A DNA stretch of 35,930 nucleotides from Flavipsychrobacter sp. (GCA_021156265.1 JAJNBR010000001.1:1-35930); one strand, 5' to 3'. Shown: positions 26,575-35,930, counted from the stretch's first letter. Made by a program: numbers and translations. Notes: a model not told the origin generated them from the letters alone.

Positions 26575-27498
26575 TTATTGTATGTCCTGTTCAAATCTTT
26601 TTGTAAACGCATAGATATTAAAGGATGGATCGGAGAGGGCAGCCGCTAATTCGTCACGAAGTTTGCTTTTGCTGATCATTTGCATTTTCCTGGCCTGGAT
26701 GATCTGCCAGCTTTTTTCTGTGAGCAGATGCAAACGCTTTTCAGGGGCGGTGTTGTGATCGGCAAAGTACTGCTCTACCGCCGCGGCCAGTTCATCTATA
26801 CCCTTATTTTCTGTTGCAATCGTTTTTACAACAGGTATTTCTTTACCATCATGTGCTTTTTCGTGCACCATGATGCGCAAATTGCGGAACAGCGTTTCGG
26901 CTGCATCACGGTCGGCTTTGTTGACAACAAATATATTGGCGATCTCCATGATGCCCGCTTTCAACGTCTGCACTTCATCTCCCGCTTCTGGTACCAGGGC
27001 TACTACAGTGCAATCTGCTAAACCTGCCACTTCAACTTCGCTTTGACCAACGCCGACTGTTTCCACGAGTATCAGGTCGAAAGGAGCAGTTTTCATCAGG
27101 TCGGTGATCTCGATGATTTTAGGGTGGAGTCCACCTAGTGCCCCGCGGCTAGCCAGCGACCGGATGAAAACATTAGGATGTGTGTAGAATTCACTCATGC
27201 GGATACGGTCGCCCAGTAAGGCACCATAATTAAACGGCGATGAGGGATCGACTGCGATAACGCCTATTTTTTTTCCTTGCGCTATCCAATAGTGTAACAG
27301 TGCATTGACCAGTGTGCTTTTCCCCGCTCCCGGCGGTCCGGTTATGCCTAATACGCGCGCGTGATGCGTATTTTGAAGTGCTAGCAGCAGATCTTCGTAT
27401 CCGGACAACCCGTTCTCAACTACTGTGATAGCCCGTGCCAACGCATTATGGCTGCCGGTTTGTATTTCTGAAAGGAGTTGTTTTATCTTGCCCTGCAC
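26575..27498 (-). CDS. meaB: Methylmalonyl-CoA mutase-associated GTPase MeaB
   Basis: GITGPPGAGKST, AVDPSSP..GALLGDRIRM, ETVGVGQSE, VVNKAD; GTG start. Confidence 0.95.
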   Translation of the reverse strand: MQGKIKQLLSEIQTGSHNALARAITVVENGLSGYEDLLLALQNTHHARVLGITGPPGAGKSTLVNALLHYWIAQGKKIGVIAVDPSSPFNYGALLGDRIRMSEFYTHPNVFIRSLASRGALGGLHPKIIEITDLMKTAPFDLILVETVGVGQSEVEVAGLADCTVVALVPEAGDEVQTLKAGIMEIANIFVVNKADRDAAETLFRNLRIMVHEKAHDGKEIPVVKTIATENKGIDELAAAVEQYFADHNTAPEKRLHLLTEKSWQIIQARKMQMISKSKLRDELAAALSDPSFNIYAFTKRFEQDIQ

Positions 27499-27528
27499 TA
27501 AATTGGTGTTGCGTTCGTTATTGATAAG

Positions 27529-28788
27529 ATGAGTTCTGTAAGCAAAAATAATTTTCTAAGTCATAAACTCATATCCAGAACTAATATAGCATTGGTTGCA
27601 ATATGCTGTATGCTGGCCGGTTTTCTTGTATCAAGAGCGTTGTTGTCGTTTGGGATGACCATGCTCGGGGTCGCGGGATTATGGGGTGTGCATCCTAAAG
27701 AATGGCTGAAGCAAAAATGGTGGTTGCTCGGTGTGGCCTGGCTGCTGCTGCTGGCGCTTTCCTATTTCTGGTCTGATGATAAGTCTTATTGGGCACAGCG
27801 AATGGAAATAAAAATGCCCTTTCTGTTGCTGCCGCTGGCTTTTTCATTTTTACCTCCATTCTCTGTCAGGCAATTACAGACATACACCATCGCCATCTGT
27901 TGTATGTTATTGTTAAGTGCCTGCTATAGCGTTTCATTTCTGGCTGGCAATTTCAGTGAGCTTAGTAACGGTTATAATGTAGCCAAAGTGTTACCTACGC
28001 TGGCGAAAAATGATTATGTCAGGTTTAGTTTGTGCGTATTGCTGGTCATTATTTGGTGTGCATACATATGGCCGCGGCTGCAAGGCAAGGCTACGAGGTG
28101 GTTTGTGGGTGCCACAATGTTTGTGTTGAGCGCGTACCTGCATTTACTTGCCGTTCGTACAGGTCTTATGCTATGGTATTTATTCATACTGGCGTATACG
28201 GTGTTTTACACCGCACGGCGAAACAAGACCCTGGCCTTTGTAACCGTCGTGGTCCTGGTGGTCATGGCGCTGGTCGCGATCGAGTATTTACCTACACTCA
28301 GAAACAGGGTAGGATATTTCAACTATATGTACATTCTGCTGCGCGAAGGGGAGATATCTGCCATTTACAGCGATATGAACCGGATGATCTCCTACGTCAT
28401 ATCCAGCCGGCTCATAGAAGCTCATCCGTTAACGGGCGTCGGTGCAGGTGATATGATGACAGCTATGTCGGCAGGATATGATAAATATTACCCGGGCACT
28501 ATACATGATCTGAAAATACTGCCGCATAACCAGTTTCTGGCCATAGGGCTGGCAGCGGGTATTCCGACTTTGTTGCTATTCACTGCCTGGGTATTAGCGC
28601 CTTTGCGTCATATTCGACGCAATCGGGATGGTTTTTTCTTTGCTATAGTATGGCTGTTTCTATTGCTGCCTATGCTGGTTGAACCAATGCTCGAAATTCA
28701 ATTCGGAGTGTTTGTATATTTGTTTTTCCTGCTCTGGCAAAGGCACGCTTTATTGCAAAGCGAAGGAGAGCAGCAAAAAACAGTTTAG
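27529..28788 (+). CDS. O-antigen ligase family membrane protein
   Basis: ~11-12 TM helices; RTG, R..HPLTGVGAGD, PHNQFL, LVEPMLE.Q.G motifs. Start uncertain (alternative ATG at 27610). Confidence 0.88.
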   Translation: MSSVSKNNFLSHKLISRTNIALVAICCMLAGFLVSRALLSFGMTMLGVAGLWGVHPKEWLKQKWWLLGVAWLLLLALSYFWSDDKSYWAQRMEIKMPFLLLPLAFSFLPPFSVRQLQTYTIAICCMLLLSACYSVSFLAGNFSELSNGYNVAKVLPTLAKNDYVRFSLCVLLVIIWCAYIWPRLQGKATRWFVGATMFVLSAYLHLLAVRTGLMLWYLFILAYTVFYTARRNKTLAFVTVVVLVVMALVAIEYLPTLRNRVGYFNYMYILLREGEISAIYSDMNRMISYVISSRLIEAHPLTGVGAGDMMTAMSAGYDKYYPGTIHDLKILPHNQFLAIGLAAGIPTLLLFTAWVLAPLRHIRRNRDGFFFAIVWLFLLLPMLVEPMLEIQFGVFVYLFFLLWQRHALLQSEGEQQKTV

Positions 28789-29436
28789 ATGAATTTTATC
28801 CCGATTTTTCCGTTAGACATTATCGTATATCCCGGCGAGCCGCTGAACCTCCACATTTTTGAACCTCGTTACAAGGAACTTATCAATGAATGTATGAAGG
28901 AAAGGAAAGTCTTTGGCATGCCGGTTGTCCTGGATAAGGATAGAGGCGTTCAGGAATATGGCACTTCAATGGAAGTTATAGAACTGGTAAAAGAATATGA
29001 CAATGGTGAGTTGGATGTTAGGACACGTGGATTGAATGTATTCCGGATTTTAGAGATGGTGAAAGAAATACCTGACAAGCTGTATTCTGGTGCTATTGTC
29101 AGCTACCCTCAAAATTTCATGGCATCGGGCGATTCCAACCTTGCCAATCATGTATTTAGCGAAGTGAAAAGGCTGTATACATTGTTGAGTGTCTCGGAAA
29201 AATTTCCGGAACAGAAAAAGCCAATGGTGTCGTACGAAATAGCACACCAGGTGGGATTGTCAAAGCAGCAGGAATATGAACTTTTAAGCATATTTACGGA
29301 GATACAACGCCTTGAATACCTGCGTCGCCACCTGGATAATATGACGAAAGTGGTTCAGGAACTGGAAAAAGTAAAGGAGAGGATCCAGTTGAACGGACAT
29401 TTCAGAAACCTGTCACTGGGGGACACGAATTTATAG
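28789..29436 (+). CDS. LON peptidase substrate-binding (N-terminal) domain protein
   Basis: IPIFPL..YPGEPLNLHIFEPRYKELI..C; no ATPase or protease domain. Confidence 0.9.
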   Translation: MNFIPIFPLDIIVYPGEPLNLHIFEPRYKELINECMKERKVFGMPVVLDKDRGVQEYGTSMEVIELVKEYDNGELDVRTRGLNVFRILEMVKEIPDKLYSGAIVSYPQNFMASGDSNLANHVFSEVKRLYTLLSVSEKFPEQKKPMVSYEIAHQVGLSKQQEYELLSIFTEIQRLEYLRRHLDNMTKVVQELEKVKERIQLNGHFRNLSLGDTNL

Positions 29437-29523
29437 CTGATCCGGAATTTCCGGTTCCTGCTAGACATTTAAGACTAAATTTCCTATTTTAGAGACATCT
29501 CGTACACCTAAATACAACTGAAT

Positions 29524-30267
29524 ATGTCAGTAAATCTTTGCGTTGACTGGGGTAATACCCGCGTGAAAGCTGCAGTTTATAATAGCGACCAGCAAGTGGA
29601 AGCCCGCAATTTCTCAGCAGACGAGGCTCCTGAAGCTATTTCTGAGCTAATTAACAGCTATCATCCGGCAAAAGGTATTATGTGCGCTGTGACCAATCAT
29701 ACTTCTGCGGCCGAGCACGTAATGAACGACAAACTGAAGGCTTTCATCAAGCTGACAAACGATACGCGAGTACCAATCATGAATGCTTATTCGTCGCCCG
29801 ACACCTTGGGTGCAGATCGTCTTGGGCTGGCGGTAGGTGCCCATATGCTCAATCCCGATAAAAATAATCTGGTGATAAGCATTGGTACTTGTGTCACATA
29901 TAATTTTGTTCAGAAAAATAGAACTTTCCGGGGCGGCGCTATTTCACCAGGTCTACACATGCGCCTCAGGGCCATGCACGAATTTACCGACAGGCTTCCG
30001 GAAGTACCATTGGACGGCGAATTACTGCTTCTGGGCTACGATACAGCCACGTGTATGCGTAGCGGTGCCGTTTTTGGGATCGCCGCCGAGATAGACGGAA
30101 TGATAACCGACTTCTCTTCACAATACGCTGATTTTAACGCCATCTTAACTGGGGGAGATTTACCCTTCTTTGCAACCAAGGTTAAAAGTAAGATATTTGC
30201 AGACCCTGACCTGTTGCTCAAGGGACTAAATCTAATCCTGAACTATAATGTTCCACACGTACGTTAA
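29524..30267 (+). CDS. coaX: Type III pantothenate kinase
   Basis: VDWGNTRVK, TLGADR, GTCVT, GGAISPG and LTGGD motifs. Confidence 0.94.
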   Translation: MSVNLCVDWGNTRVKAAVYNSDQQVEARNFSADEAPEAISELINSYHPAKGIMCAVTNHTSAAEHVMNDKLKAFIKLTNDTRVPIMNAYSSPDTLGADRLGLAVGAHMLNPDKNNLVISIGTCVTYNFVQKNRTFRGGAISPGLHMRLRAMHEFTDRLPEVPLDGELLLLGYDTATCMRSGAVFGIAAEIDGMITDFSSQYADFNAILTGGDLPFFATKVKSKIFADPDLLLKGLNLILNYNVPHVR

Positions 30268-31540
30268 GTATTTTTTACCGTCGGTATTTTGTTTATCGGC
30301 GTCTTTCCAGGCTTTCTCTCAAGACGATATAGTAGCAAATAAGGTAACGGGCGAAAATTCGCCCTATTCCCGTTTTGGTATAGGTGAACAGCGAAACGGC
30401 GTGAATACCCTGTTGCGGGGTATGGGAAGTATATCCAGTGCCTATGCCAACCCGTTTGCTGTAAATACAGACAATCCCGCTTCTTATGGCTCGCTAAAAC
30501 TGACTACCTATGAAGCAGGCGGCGAGGGCAGTATCCGCAATGTTTTTGCAGGAGATTTGAAATATTCAACGGGTAGCGCAACCTTGTCATACCTGAACGT
30601 TGGTATTCCGGTGAGTAAACATGCCGGTATAAGCTTCGGTCTCAGACCATACTCAAGGGTGTATTACAAATTACAGGACACCATCGCCGATCCACTGATA
30701 GGCAAAGCGATCGACCAGTTTATCGGTTTAGGCAGTACCAACTACGGTTTTATCGGGGCAGGGGGCAGGTATAAAGGTTTTAGCCTCGGTTTTAATTTCG
30801 GATACCTGTTCGGCACTATCAACAGTGCTCGTCAGCTTACCAGCATTGATACAGTTAAAGCGCATCACAGTGCCTTTACTAATTCTACCAAGCTTGGCGG
30901 TATATACTGGAAGCTCGGTGCGATGTACGACAAAGAGCTAAACAAGAAGATGTCTTTCCGAGCAGGTGCCACACTCACGCTGAGTCAGGACATTGATGCA
31001 GAACGCGACGAATACGGAATATTGATCAACAGCGCTACCACGGTTCCTACCTACGATACAGCCCGCGCCATTACCGGGCTTGAGGGCAAGACTACTTTGC
31101 CAATGTCGTACAGTGCAGGCGCTCATTTGATAGGCACGGATAAATGGATGATAGGAGTTGATTACACCGGTACCCAATGGAGCGAGTTTAGAAATTTTGA
31201 TGTCGTTGACTCTGTTGACGATAGTTATAAGCTCAGTATAGGCGGTGAGTATACACCCAATATGGCCAGTATGACCCGCTATTTCGACCGCGTTACGTAC
31301 AGGCTGGGCCTCAGCTACGGAAAAGACTATGTGCGTTTGCAGAATACGGATATGAATTTTTATTCGGTTACTGCCGGCCTCAGCCTGCCTTTCAGGCGCA
31401 CTACCGACCGTATACATACTGCCGTTGAAATAGGTAACCGCGGCTCCAATAGCAACGGCCTGATTCGAGAAACCTTTGTACGTTTTGCTGTGGGTATTTC
31501 GCTCAACGACCGCTGGTTCATCAAGCGTAGGTATGATTAA
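30248..31540 (+). CDS. Outer-membrane beta-barrel protein (FadL/OmpP1-like)
   Basis: Signal peptide, NSPYSRFGIG, NPASY, amphipathic beta strands, C-terminal NDRWFIKRRYD. Confidence 0.85.
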   Translation: MFHTYVKYFLPSVFCLSASFQAFSQDDIVANKVTGENSPYSRFGIGEQRNGVNTLLRGMGSISSAYANPFAVNTDNPASYGSLKLTTYEAGGEGSIRNVFAGDLKYSTGSATLSYLNVGIPVSKHAGISFGLRPYSRVYYKLQDTIADPLIGKAIDQFIGLGSTNYGFIGAGGRYKGFSLGFNFGYLFGTINSARQLTSIDTVKAHHSAFTNSTKLGGIYWKLGAMYDKELNKKMSFRAGATLTLSQDIDAERDEYGILINSATTVPTYDTARAITGLEGKTTLPMSYSAGAHLIGTDKWMIGVDYTGTQWSEFRNFDVVDSVDDSYKLSIGGEYTPNMASMTRYFDRVTYRLGLSYGKDYVRLQNTDMNFYSVTAGLSLPFRRTTDRIHTAVEIGNRGSNSNGLIRETFVRFAVGISLNDRWFIKRRYD

Positions 31541-32117
31541 ACCTCGTTTTTTTCATACTATTTTTATTAGGGTAGTGCAGGCTTCGGTTATTTTGCCGGT
31601 TTTGCTTGCTTCGTGCAGGAATGATCCTAAAGAGATCGACCGCCTGGTAACTAAACGCATTCCGCAGGAAGACCGTGCGCAGGATGTAACCATATTGTAC
31701 AGCGAACATGGCCATTCGAAAGCGCGTTTGTTTACGAAAGAGTTCATTCGTAACGAGATCGCCAAACCGCCTTTCACCGATATGAAACAGGGGCTTAAGG
31801 TCGAATTCTTTAATGACAGCCTGAAGGTAGAGTCGGTTCTCACTGCGCGTTATGCCCGGTACTACGAAAAGCAGGAGAATGTACTTATCAGGGACAGCGT
31901 TGTGGTTGTTAACAAAAAGAATGAACGGCTGAATACGGAGGAACTGGTTTGGAATCAGAGCATCCGCAAGTTCTACACCGAAAAGTTTGTCCGCATCACC
32001 ACGCCTACACAGGTTATGTTTGGTGACGGCCTGGAGGCCAACGAGGACTTCAGCTGGTACGAGATCAAGAACCCTAAGGGGATCGTGCAGGTGAACAAGA
32101 GCGAAATGCCTGAATAA
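31533..32117 (+). CDS. lptC: LPS export ABC transporter periplasmic protein LptC
   Basis: Lipobox LAS|C, GLKVEFF, L.ARYA, DSVVVVN..L.TEELVW..FYTEKFVRI..GDGLEANEDF. Start 31533 overlaps the upstream stop. Confidence 0.9.
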   Translation: MIKPRFFHTIFIRVVQASVILPVLLASCRNDPKEIDRLVTKRIPQEDRAQDVTILYSEHGHSKARLFTKEFIRNEIAKPPFTDMKQGLKVEFFNDSLKVESVLTARYARYYEKQENVLIRDSVVVVNKKNERLNTEELVWNQSIRKFYTEKFVRITTPTQVMFGDGLEANEDFSWYEIKNPKGIVQVNKSEMPE

Positions 32118-32226
32118 AGCCCTAAATCCCCCTTATTTATAACCCCAATTTCCTGCAACTAGTAACTGCTATTTACTATTTTTGCGGCTCTTATTGAGTT
32201 TTATCTAATCAAACGATCAAATAGAA

Positions 32227-34383
32227 ATGAAAAAAATTCTTTTATCACTCGTTGTTGTAGCCGGGCTGATGACTGCCCGCGCAGATGAGGGTATGTGGAT
32301 CCCCCACCTGATAGGGAAGAATTACGACGAGATGGTGCGTATGGGGTTGAAGTTGTCGAAAGAGGACCTTTATAGCATCAACCAGGCTAGCCTGAAAGAT
32401 GCGGTTGTGCAATTTGGCGGTGGCTGCACGGGTGAGATAATCTCTCCGAACGGCCTGCTCATTACCAACCACCACTGCGGCTATGGCGCTATTGCTACGC
32501 TCAGCTCGGTAGAAAAGAACTATCTCGATAATGGTTTCTGGGCGTATAACTACGCTGAAGAACTGCCGGCCAAAGATGTGACTGCCCTGTTCCTGGTGCG
32601 TATAGAAGACGTGACCGACGAAGTAAACAAAGCCACAAAAAAGCTGAAGGGTGAAAAACTGGCTAAGAAAATGGAAGAGGTGCGCAAAAAGATCGAGGAC
32701 CGCGCTGCCGAAGACAAAAAATACACCACACAGGTAAAAGAATACTTTAACGGTAACCAATACCTGCTGCTGGTTTATAAAAAGTATACAGACGTACGCC
32801 TGGTAGGCACACCTCCAAAGTCGCTGGGTAAGTTTGGCGGCGATACGGACAACTGGATGTGGCCCCGTCATACAGCCGACTTTTCGATGTTCCGTGTGTA
32901 CGCTAACAAAGACAACGAACCTGCGGAGTATTCCAAAGACAACGTTCCTTTCCGTCCCAAGAAATACCTGCCTATTTCTATCAAAGGTGTAAAAGAGGGC
33001 GATTATGCGATGATCTTCGGTTATCCCGGCCGCACCAACCGCTACGAGGTTTCCAGCGGTATCGACCTGGCGATAAATGACGTGAACCCTTCTATCGTTA
33101 AGCTGCGCGACAAGCGCCTGGCTATAATGCGCAAGCATATGGACCAGGATAAATCGGTTTACCTGAAATACACTTCGTCTTATGCAAGCATTTCTAACTA
33201 CTGGAAATATTTTATTGGTCAGACTGAGCAGCTGAAACGCCTGAATGTGGTTGATGAGAAGATCGTTAAAGAGAAAGCATTTACCGATTGGGCCGTTAAG
33301 AATAAGAAATCGGAATACAAGGACCTTACCAAACAGTACAACAACCTGTATGGCACGTACCAGCCTTATGCCAAGCATGTAACCTATTACAGCGAGGCGT
33401 TCCGCGCACCTGCGTTGAGTCGCCTGGCTGTATCCCTGGAGCCGTTGTACAAAGAGCTGGATAAGAACAGCCCTAACAGAGATACGGTTAAGAAACACAC
33501 AGACGATCTGAAGAAAAACTACAAATCGATCATGCGTACGCTGGATGTGCCTACGGACAAAGAACTGTTCGCAGCTATGACGCAAATGTTCTATAATGAT
33601 GTTCCGCAGGCACAGCACCCGGCTATCTATAAAAATACCATCTTCAAAAACTACGGCAGCAGCGCCAGCGAGAAAACGTACGCGGACTATACAAACTTTG
33701 TGTACAGTAACACCTTCCTGCTCGATAGCAACAAGCTGAATGCGTTCATTCAAAATCCGACAAAGCAAGACCTGACCAACGATCCTGCATTTGCTTATGC
33801 GTACAGTTTTGTAAAGAACTACAAAGACAACTACGAGGAGAAAGTAAATACCTTTAACGAGAAGAAGAAAGAGTTTGCTAAGACCTACATTAAAGGCTTG
33901 ACGGAGATGAATAAAAATTCCCTGTTCTATCCTGATGCTAACTCTACTATGCGTATCACTTACGGCACTGTAGCCAGCTACGAACCCCAGGATGCCGTAA
34001 AGTTCGACTACTACACTACAATGGATGGTGTGATGGAAAAGTACAAGCCCGGTGACGATGAGTTTGACCTTCCGCTGGAACTGGTGGACCTGTATAAGAA
34101 GAAGGACTACGGCCGCTATGCCAATGCAAATGGTGAACTGGTAACCTGCTTCATTACAACGAATGATATTACCGGCGGTAACTCGGGTAGCCCGATCATA
34201 AATGGTAATGGCGAATGGATCGGTATTGCTTTCGATGGCAACTGGGAAGCGATGAGCGGTGACATTGCCTTCGATAAAAAATACAAGCGTACAATTTGCA
34301 CCGATTCTCGTTTCATCCTCTTCCTGATAGAGAAAATGGGTAAAGCCCATAACCTGCTGGAAGAAATGGATATCAGGAAATAA
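32227..34383 (+). CDS. S46 family dipeptidyl peptidase (DPP7-like)
   Basis: ADEGMW, TNHHC, FGGDTDNWMWPRHT.DF, DITGGNSGSP and AFDGNWEAMSGD motifs. Confidence 0.95.
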   Translation: MKKILLSLVVVAGLMTARADEGMWIPHLIGKNYDEMVRMGLKLSKEDLYSINQASLKDAVVQFGGGCTGEIISPNGLLITNHHCGYGAIATLSSVEKNYLDNGFWAYNYAEELPAKDVTALFLVRIEDVTDEVNKATKKLKGEKLAKKMEEVRKKIEDRAAEDKKYTTQVKEYFNGNQYLLLVYKKYTDVRLVGTPPKSLGKFGGDTDNWMWPRHTADFSMFRVYANKDNEPAEYSKDNVPFRPKKYLPISIKGVKEGDYAMIFGYPGRTNRYEVSSGIDLAINDVNPSIVKLRDKRLAIMRKHMDQDKSVYLKYTSSYASISNYWKYFIGQTEQLKRLNVVDEKIVKEKAFTDWAVKNKKSEYKDLTKQYNNLYGTYQPYAKHVTYYSEAFRAPALSRLAVSLEPLYKELDKNSPNRDTVKKHTDDLKKNYKSIMRTLDVPTDKELFAAMTQMFYNDVPQAQHPAIYKNTIFKNYGSSASEKTYADYTNFVYSNTFLLDSNKLNAFIQNPTKQDLTNDPAFAYAYSFVKNYKDNYEEKVNTFNEKKKEFAKTYIKGLTEMNKNSLFYPDANSTMRITYGTVASYEPQDAVKFDYYTTMDGVMEKYKPGDDEFDLPLELVDLYKKKDYGRYANANGELVTCFITTNDITGGNSGSPIINGNGEWIGIAFDGNWEAMSGDIAFDKKYKRTICTDSRFILFLIEKMGKAHNLLEEMDIRK

Positions 34384-34404
34384 TTGATTTGCGTTATTTG
34401 ATTC

Positions 34405-34440
34405 AGAGGGCTTTGCATACGCAAAGCCCTCTTGTATTTG
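34405..34440 (+). terminator. Intrinsic terminator after the S46 peptidase
   Basis: AGAGGGCTTTGC-atac-GCAAAGCCCTCT perfect 12-bp stem, then TGTATTTG. Confidence 0.85.
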
Positions 34441-34478
34441 AGGCATGAAAGTTTTGGGCAAACCGGAAAGGCCGGCGA

Positions 34479-34712
34479 ATGTGGGAGCGATACGAAGACA
34501 AAACGGGCAATGGTGGAGTAGCGGCGTTTGAGCTCCTTCTCCAGGGTATTATTCTTGAGTTTAAGGATGATGGGCGGCAATACCTGTATTCCTATAAAAA
34601 ACCTGGGAAAACGCATGTTGACCAAATGAAACTTCTTGCCCAGGCCGGAGCCGGGTTGACTACCTATGTCAACCAGCACGTACGCGAAAATTATGAACGG
34701 CGCCTGAAATAA
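34479..34712 (+). CDS. Small conserved hypothetical protein (KTSC-like)
   Basis: Y...G..GV.AFE....I.LEF......YLYSY..PG..HV.QMK.LA.AG.GL.TYVNQHV pattern. Confidence 0.75.
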   Translation: MWERYEDKTGNGGVAAFELLLQGIILEFKDDGRQYLYSYKKPGKTHVDQMKLLAQAGAGLTTYVNQHVRENYERRLK

Positions 34713-34791
34713 ATATCCCTCATTTTGCTGCCCGGAATGTGCAGACGTTTGAAACCAAATAAGCGGTATTTTGTGTGGCCATTCTGCTTTT

Positions 34792-35223
34792 ATGCCATAC
34801 ACGTACGAATATCCACGTTTTGCCCTGGGCGCTGATGCTGTTGTTTTTGCCAGGGTAGCGGACGGGCTCAAAGTCTTACTGATACAACGGAAGAACGAAC
34901 CTTTTAAAGGCCAATGGTGCCTGCCCGGCGGGTTTGTAGATATAACCGAGACCTGCGATGTAGCGGTGCATCGCGAACTGGAGGAAGAAACCGGTGTGAC
35001 CGGTATCGATCTTAAGAGGATAGATGTATTTGACGCTATAGACCGTGATCCGCGCGACAGGGTATTGTCAGTAGCATATGTAGGTATTGTAGATGAACTG
35101 TTGGAGGCTAAAGGGCAGGATGACGCCGCAGATGCCCGCTGGTTTGATGTAAATGACCTACCCGAACTTGGTTTCGACCACCCCGAGATCGTGCAGCGGG
35201 CCTTAACTATAGTGTCAACATAA
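34792..35223 (+). CDS. Nudix hydrolase
   Basis: Nudix box GGFVDITETCDVAVHRELEEETGV, RDPRDRV, DDAADARWF and LGFDH motifs. Start at MPYTYEYP (34792). Confidence 0.92.
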   Translation: MPYTYEYPRFALGADAVVFARVADGLKVLLIQRKNEPFKGQWCLPGGFVDITETCDVAVHRELEEETGVTGIDLKRIDVFDAIDRDPRDRVLSVAYVGIVDELLEAKGQDDAADARWFDVNDLPELGFDHPEIVQRALTIVST

Positions 35224-35237
35224 TTCCCCGATTGGAT

Positions 35238-35930
35238 ATGAGTCGCTTGAAATTGTTGTCGGTTGTTGTCGTTTTGGTGGCTATGGCAAAAATGGCCTCG
35301 GCCCAAACGGCAGTCAAACCGCACCGTATACTGGTGATACTCAATGGTTCTGCTGGCATGGCAGAGAGCTGGCAGGGACAGGGCTCGAAATACAAGCTTG
35401 CGTCCCAGTTTATTACAGGGCTTGCTGAGGAGATGTATGGCCACAATGACGATATACAGTTTGCTCTGCGCGCATATGGTCATTTGTATCCCTTGTCGTT
35501 GAATATATGCAAGGACTCCAGGCCTGAGGTGCGGTTCTCGAAAGAGAACTTTTACCAGGTCGGCCTGCGACTGCAGGACATAAAACCAACCGGTAAAGGC
35601 GCGCTCAACTATGCGTTTACCGAGGCGACGGCTAACGAACTCCTGGACACGGCACATTACCAATACAGCGTCATCGTCGTCTCCGATACCTCGCGCCAGT
35701 GCCAGGCAGATAATTGCCTGCCTACGCAAGCACTTGCAAAAGGTTTGTACCGCAAATACCTTGTTGAATTTGGCCGCACAACACCGGGGAGTTGCTACGA
35801 CTCCGTTTTCGACGGGGATGCTGCGGGATACAGACCGGCTATCGACTATATCATTTCCCAATACCCGGCAAAGGGCTTTACTGCTATTCCGCAACAAAAA
35901 ACGCCGGGGGACACCATCCGTATATCCATC
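35238..35930 (+). CDS. Exported VWA-domain protein, partial (runs off window end; not in ORF track)
   Basis: Hand translation MSRLKLLSVVVVLVAMAKMASA|QTAVKPHRILVILNGSAGMAESW..FALRAYGH..CKDSRPEV.F..IKPTGKGAL..VIVVSD..C; no stop before 35930. Confidence 0.8.
   Translation, partial: MSRLKLLSVVVVLVAMAKMASAQTAVKPHRILVILNGSAGMAESWQGQGSKYKLASQFITGLAEEMYGHNDDIQFALRAYGHLYPLSLNICKDSRPEVRFSKENFYQVGLRLQDIKPTGKGALNYAFTEATANELLDTAHYQYSVIVVSDTSRQCQADNCLPTQALAKGLYRKYLVEFGRTTPGSCYDSVFDGDAAGYRPAIDYIISQYPAKGFTAIPQQKTPGDTIRISI

Noticed and set aside
32245-34461. 738-aa antisense ORF
   Set aside because: Codon-register mirror of the S46 peptidase, explained by the sense gene's codon bias; no motifs
34116-35897. 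593-aa minus-strand ORF
   Set aside because: Crosses four plus-strand genes and a terminator antisense; no coherent domain
1-35930. CRISPR array, rRNA, prophage or IS element
   Set aside because: No regularly spaced repeats, rRNA signatures, phage structural genes or transposases were seen

Overview
A 35.9 kb chromosomal window from a Bacteroidota genome, probably Chitinophagales or similar. This is inferred from TAnnTTTG -7 promoters, a T9SS C-terminal domain, gldD, an Omp85 lipoprotein and an S46 peptidase. It opens inside the RNase P RNA gene (rnpB). The housekeeping backbone comprises valS, arginase, TamL-like Omp85, TrmH, PAP2, a SAM methyltransferase, tRNA-Arg(CCT), gldD, guaA, a WecA-like transferase, meaB, an O-antigen ligase, a LON-N protein, coaX, lptC, a DPP7-like peptidase and a Nudix hydrolase. 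An accessory-looking block (about 11.6-21.4 kb) holds PhnA, a DODA dioxygenase, a Cys-rich mini-lipoprotein, a sugar MFS transporter and a seven-gene VOC/SRPBCC/DoxX/DUF1801 operon divergent from a GlxA-type AraC regulator. No integrase, transposase, CRISPR array or att repeat was seen. The best leads are: (1) a T9SS-secreted fusion of a CxxCH haem domain with a PHM/DBH-type dicopper monooxygenase; (2) the AraC-linked small-molecule binding/detoxification operon; (3) two orphan promoters sharing an identical 16-mer that point into structured non-coding DNA, one followed by an uncalled 53-aa sORF; and (4) a recurrent leaderless-mRNA architecture. All product calls come from motif recognition by eye; no searches were run.
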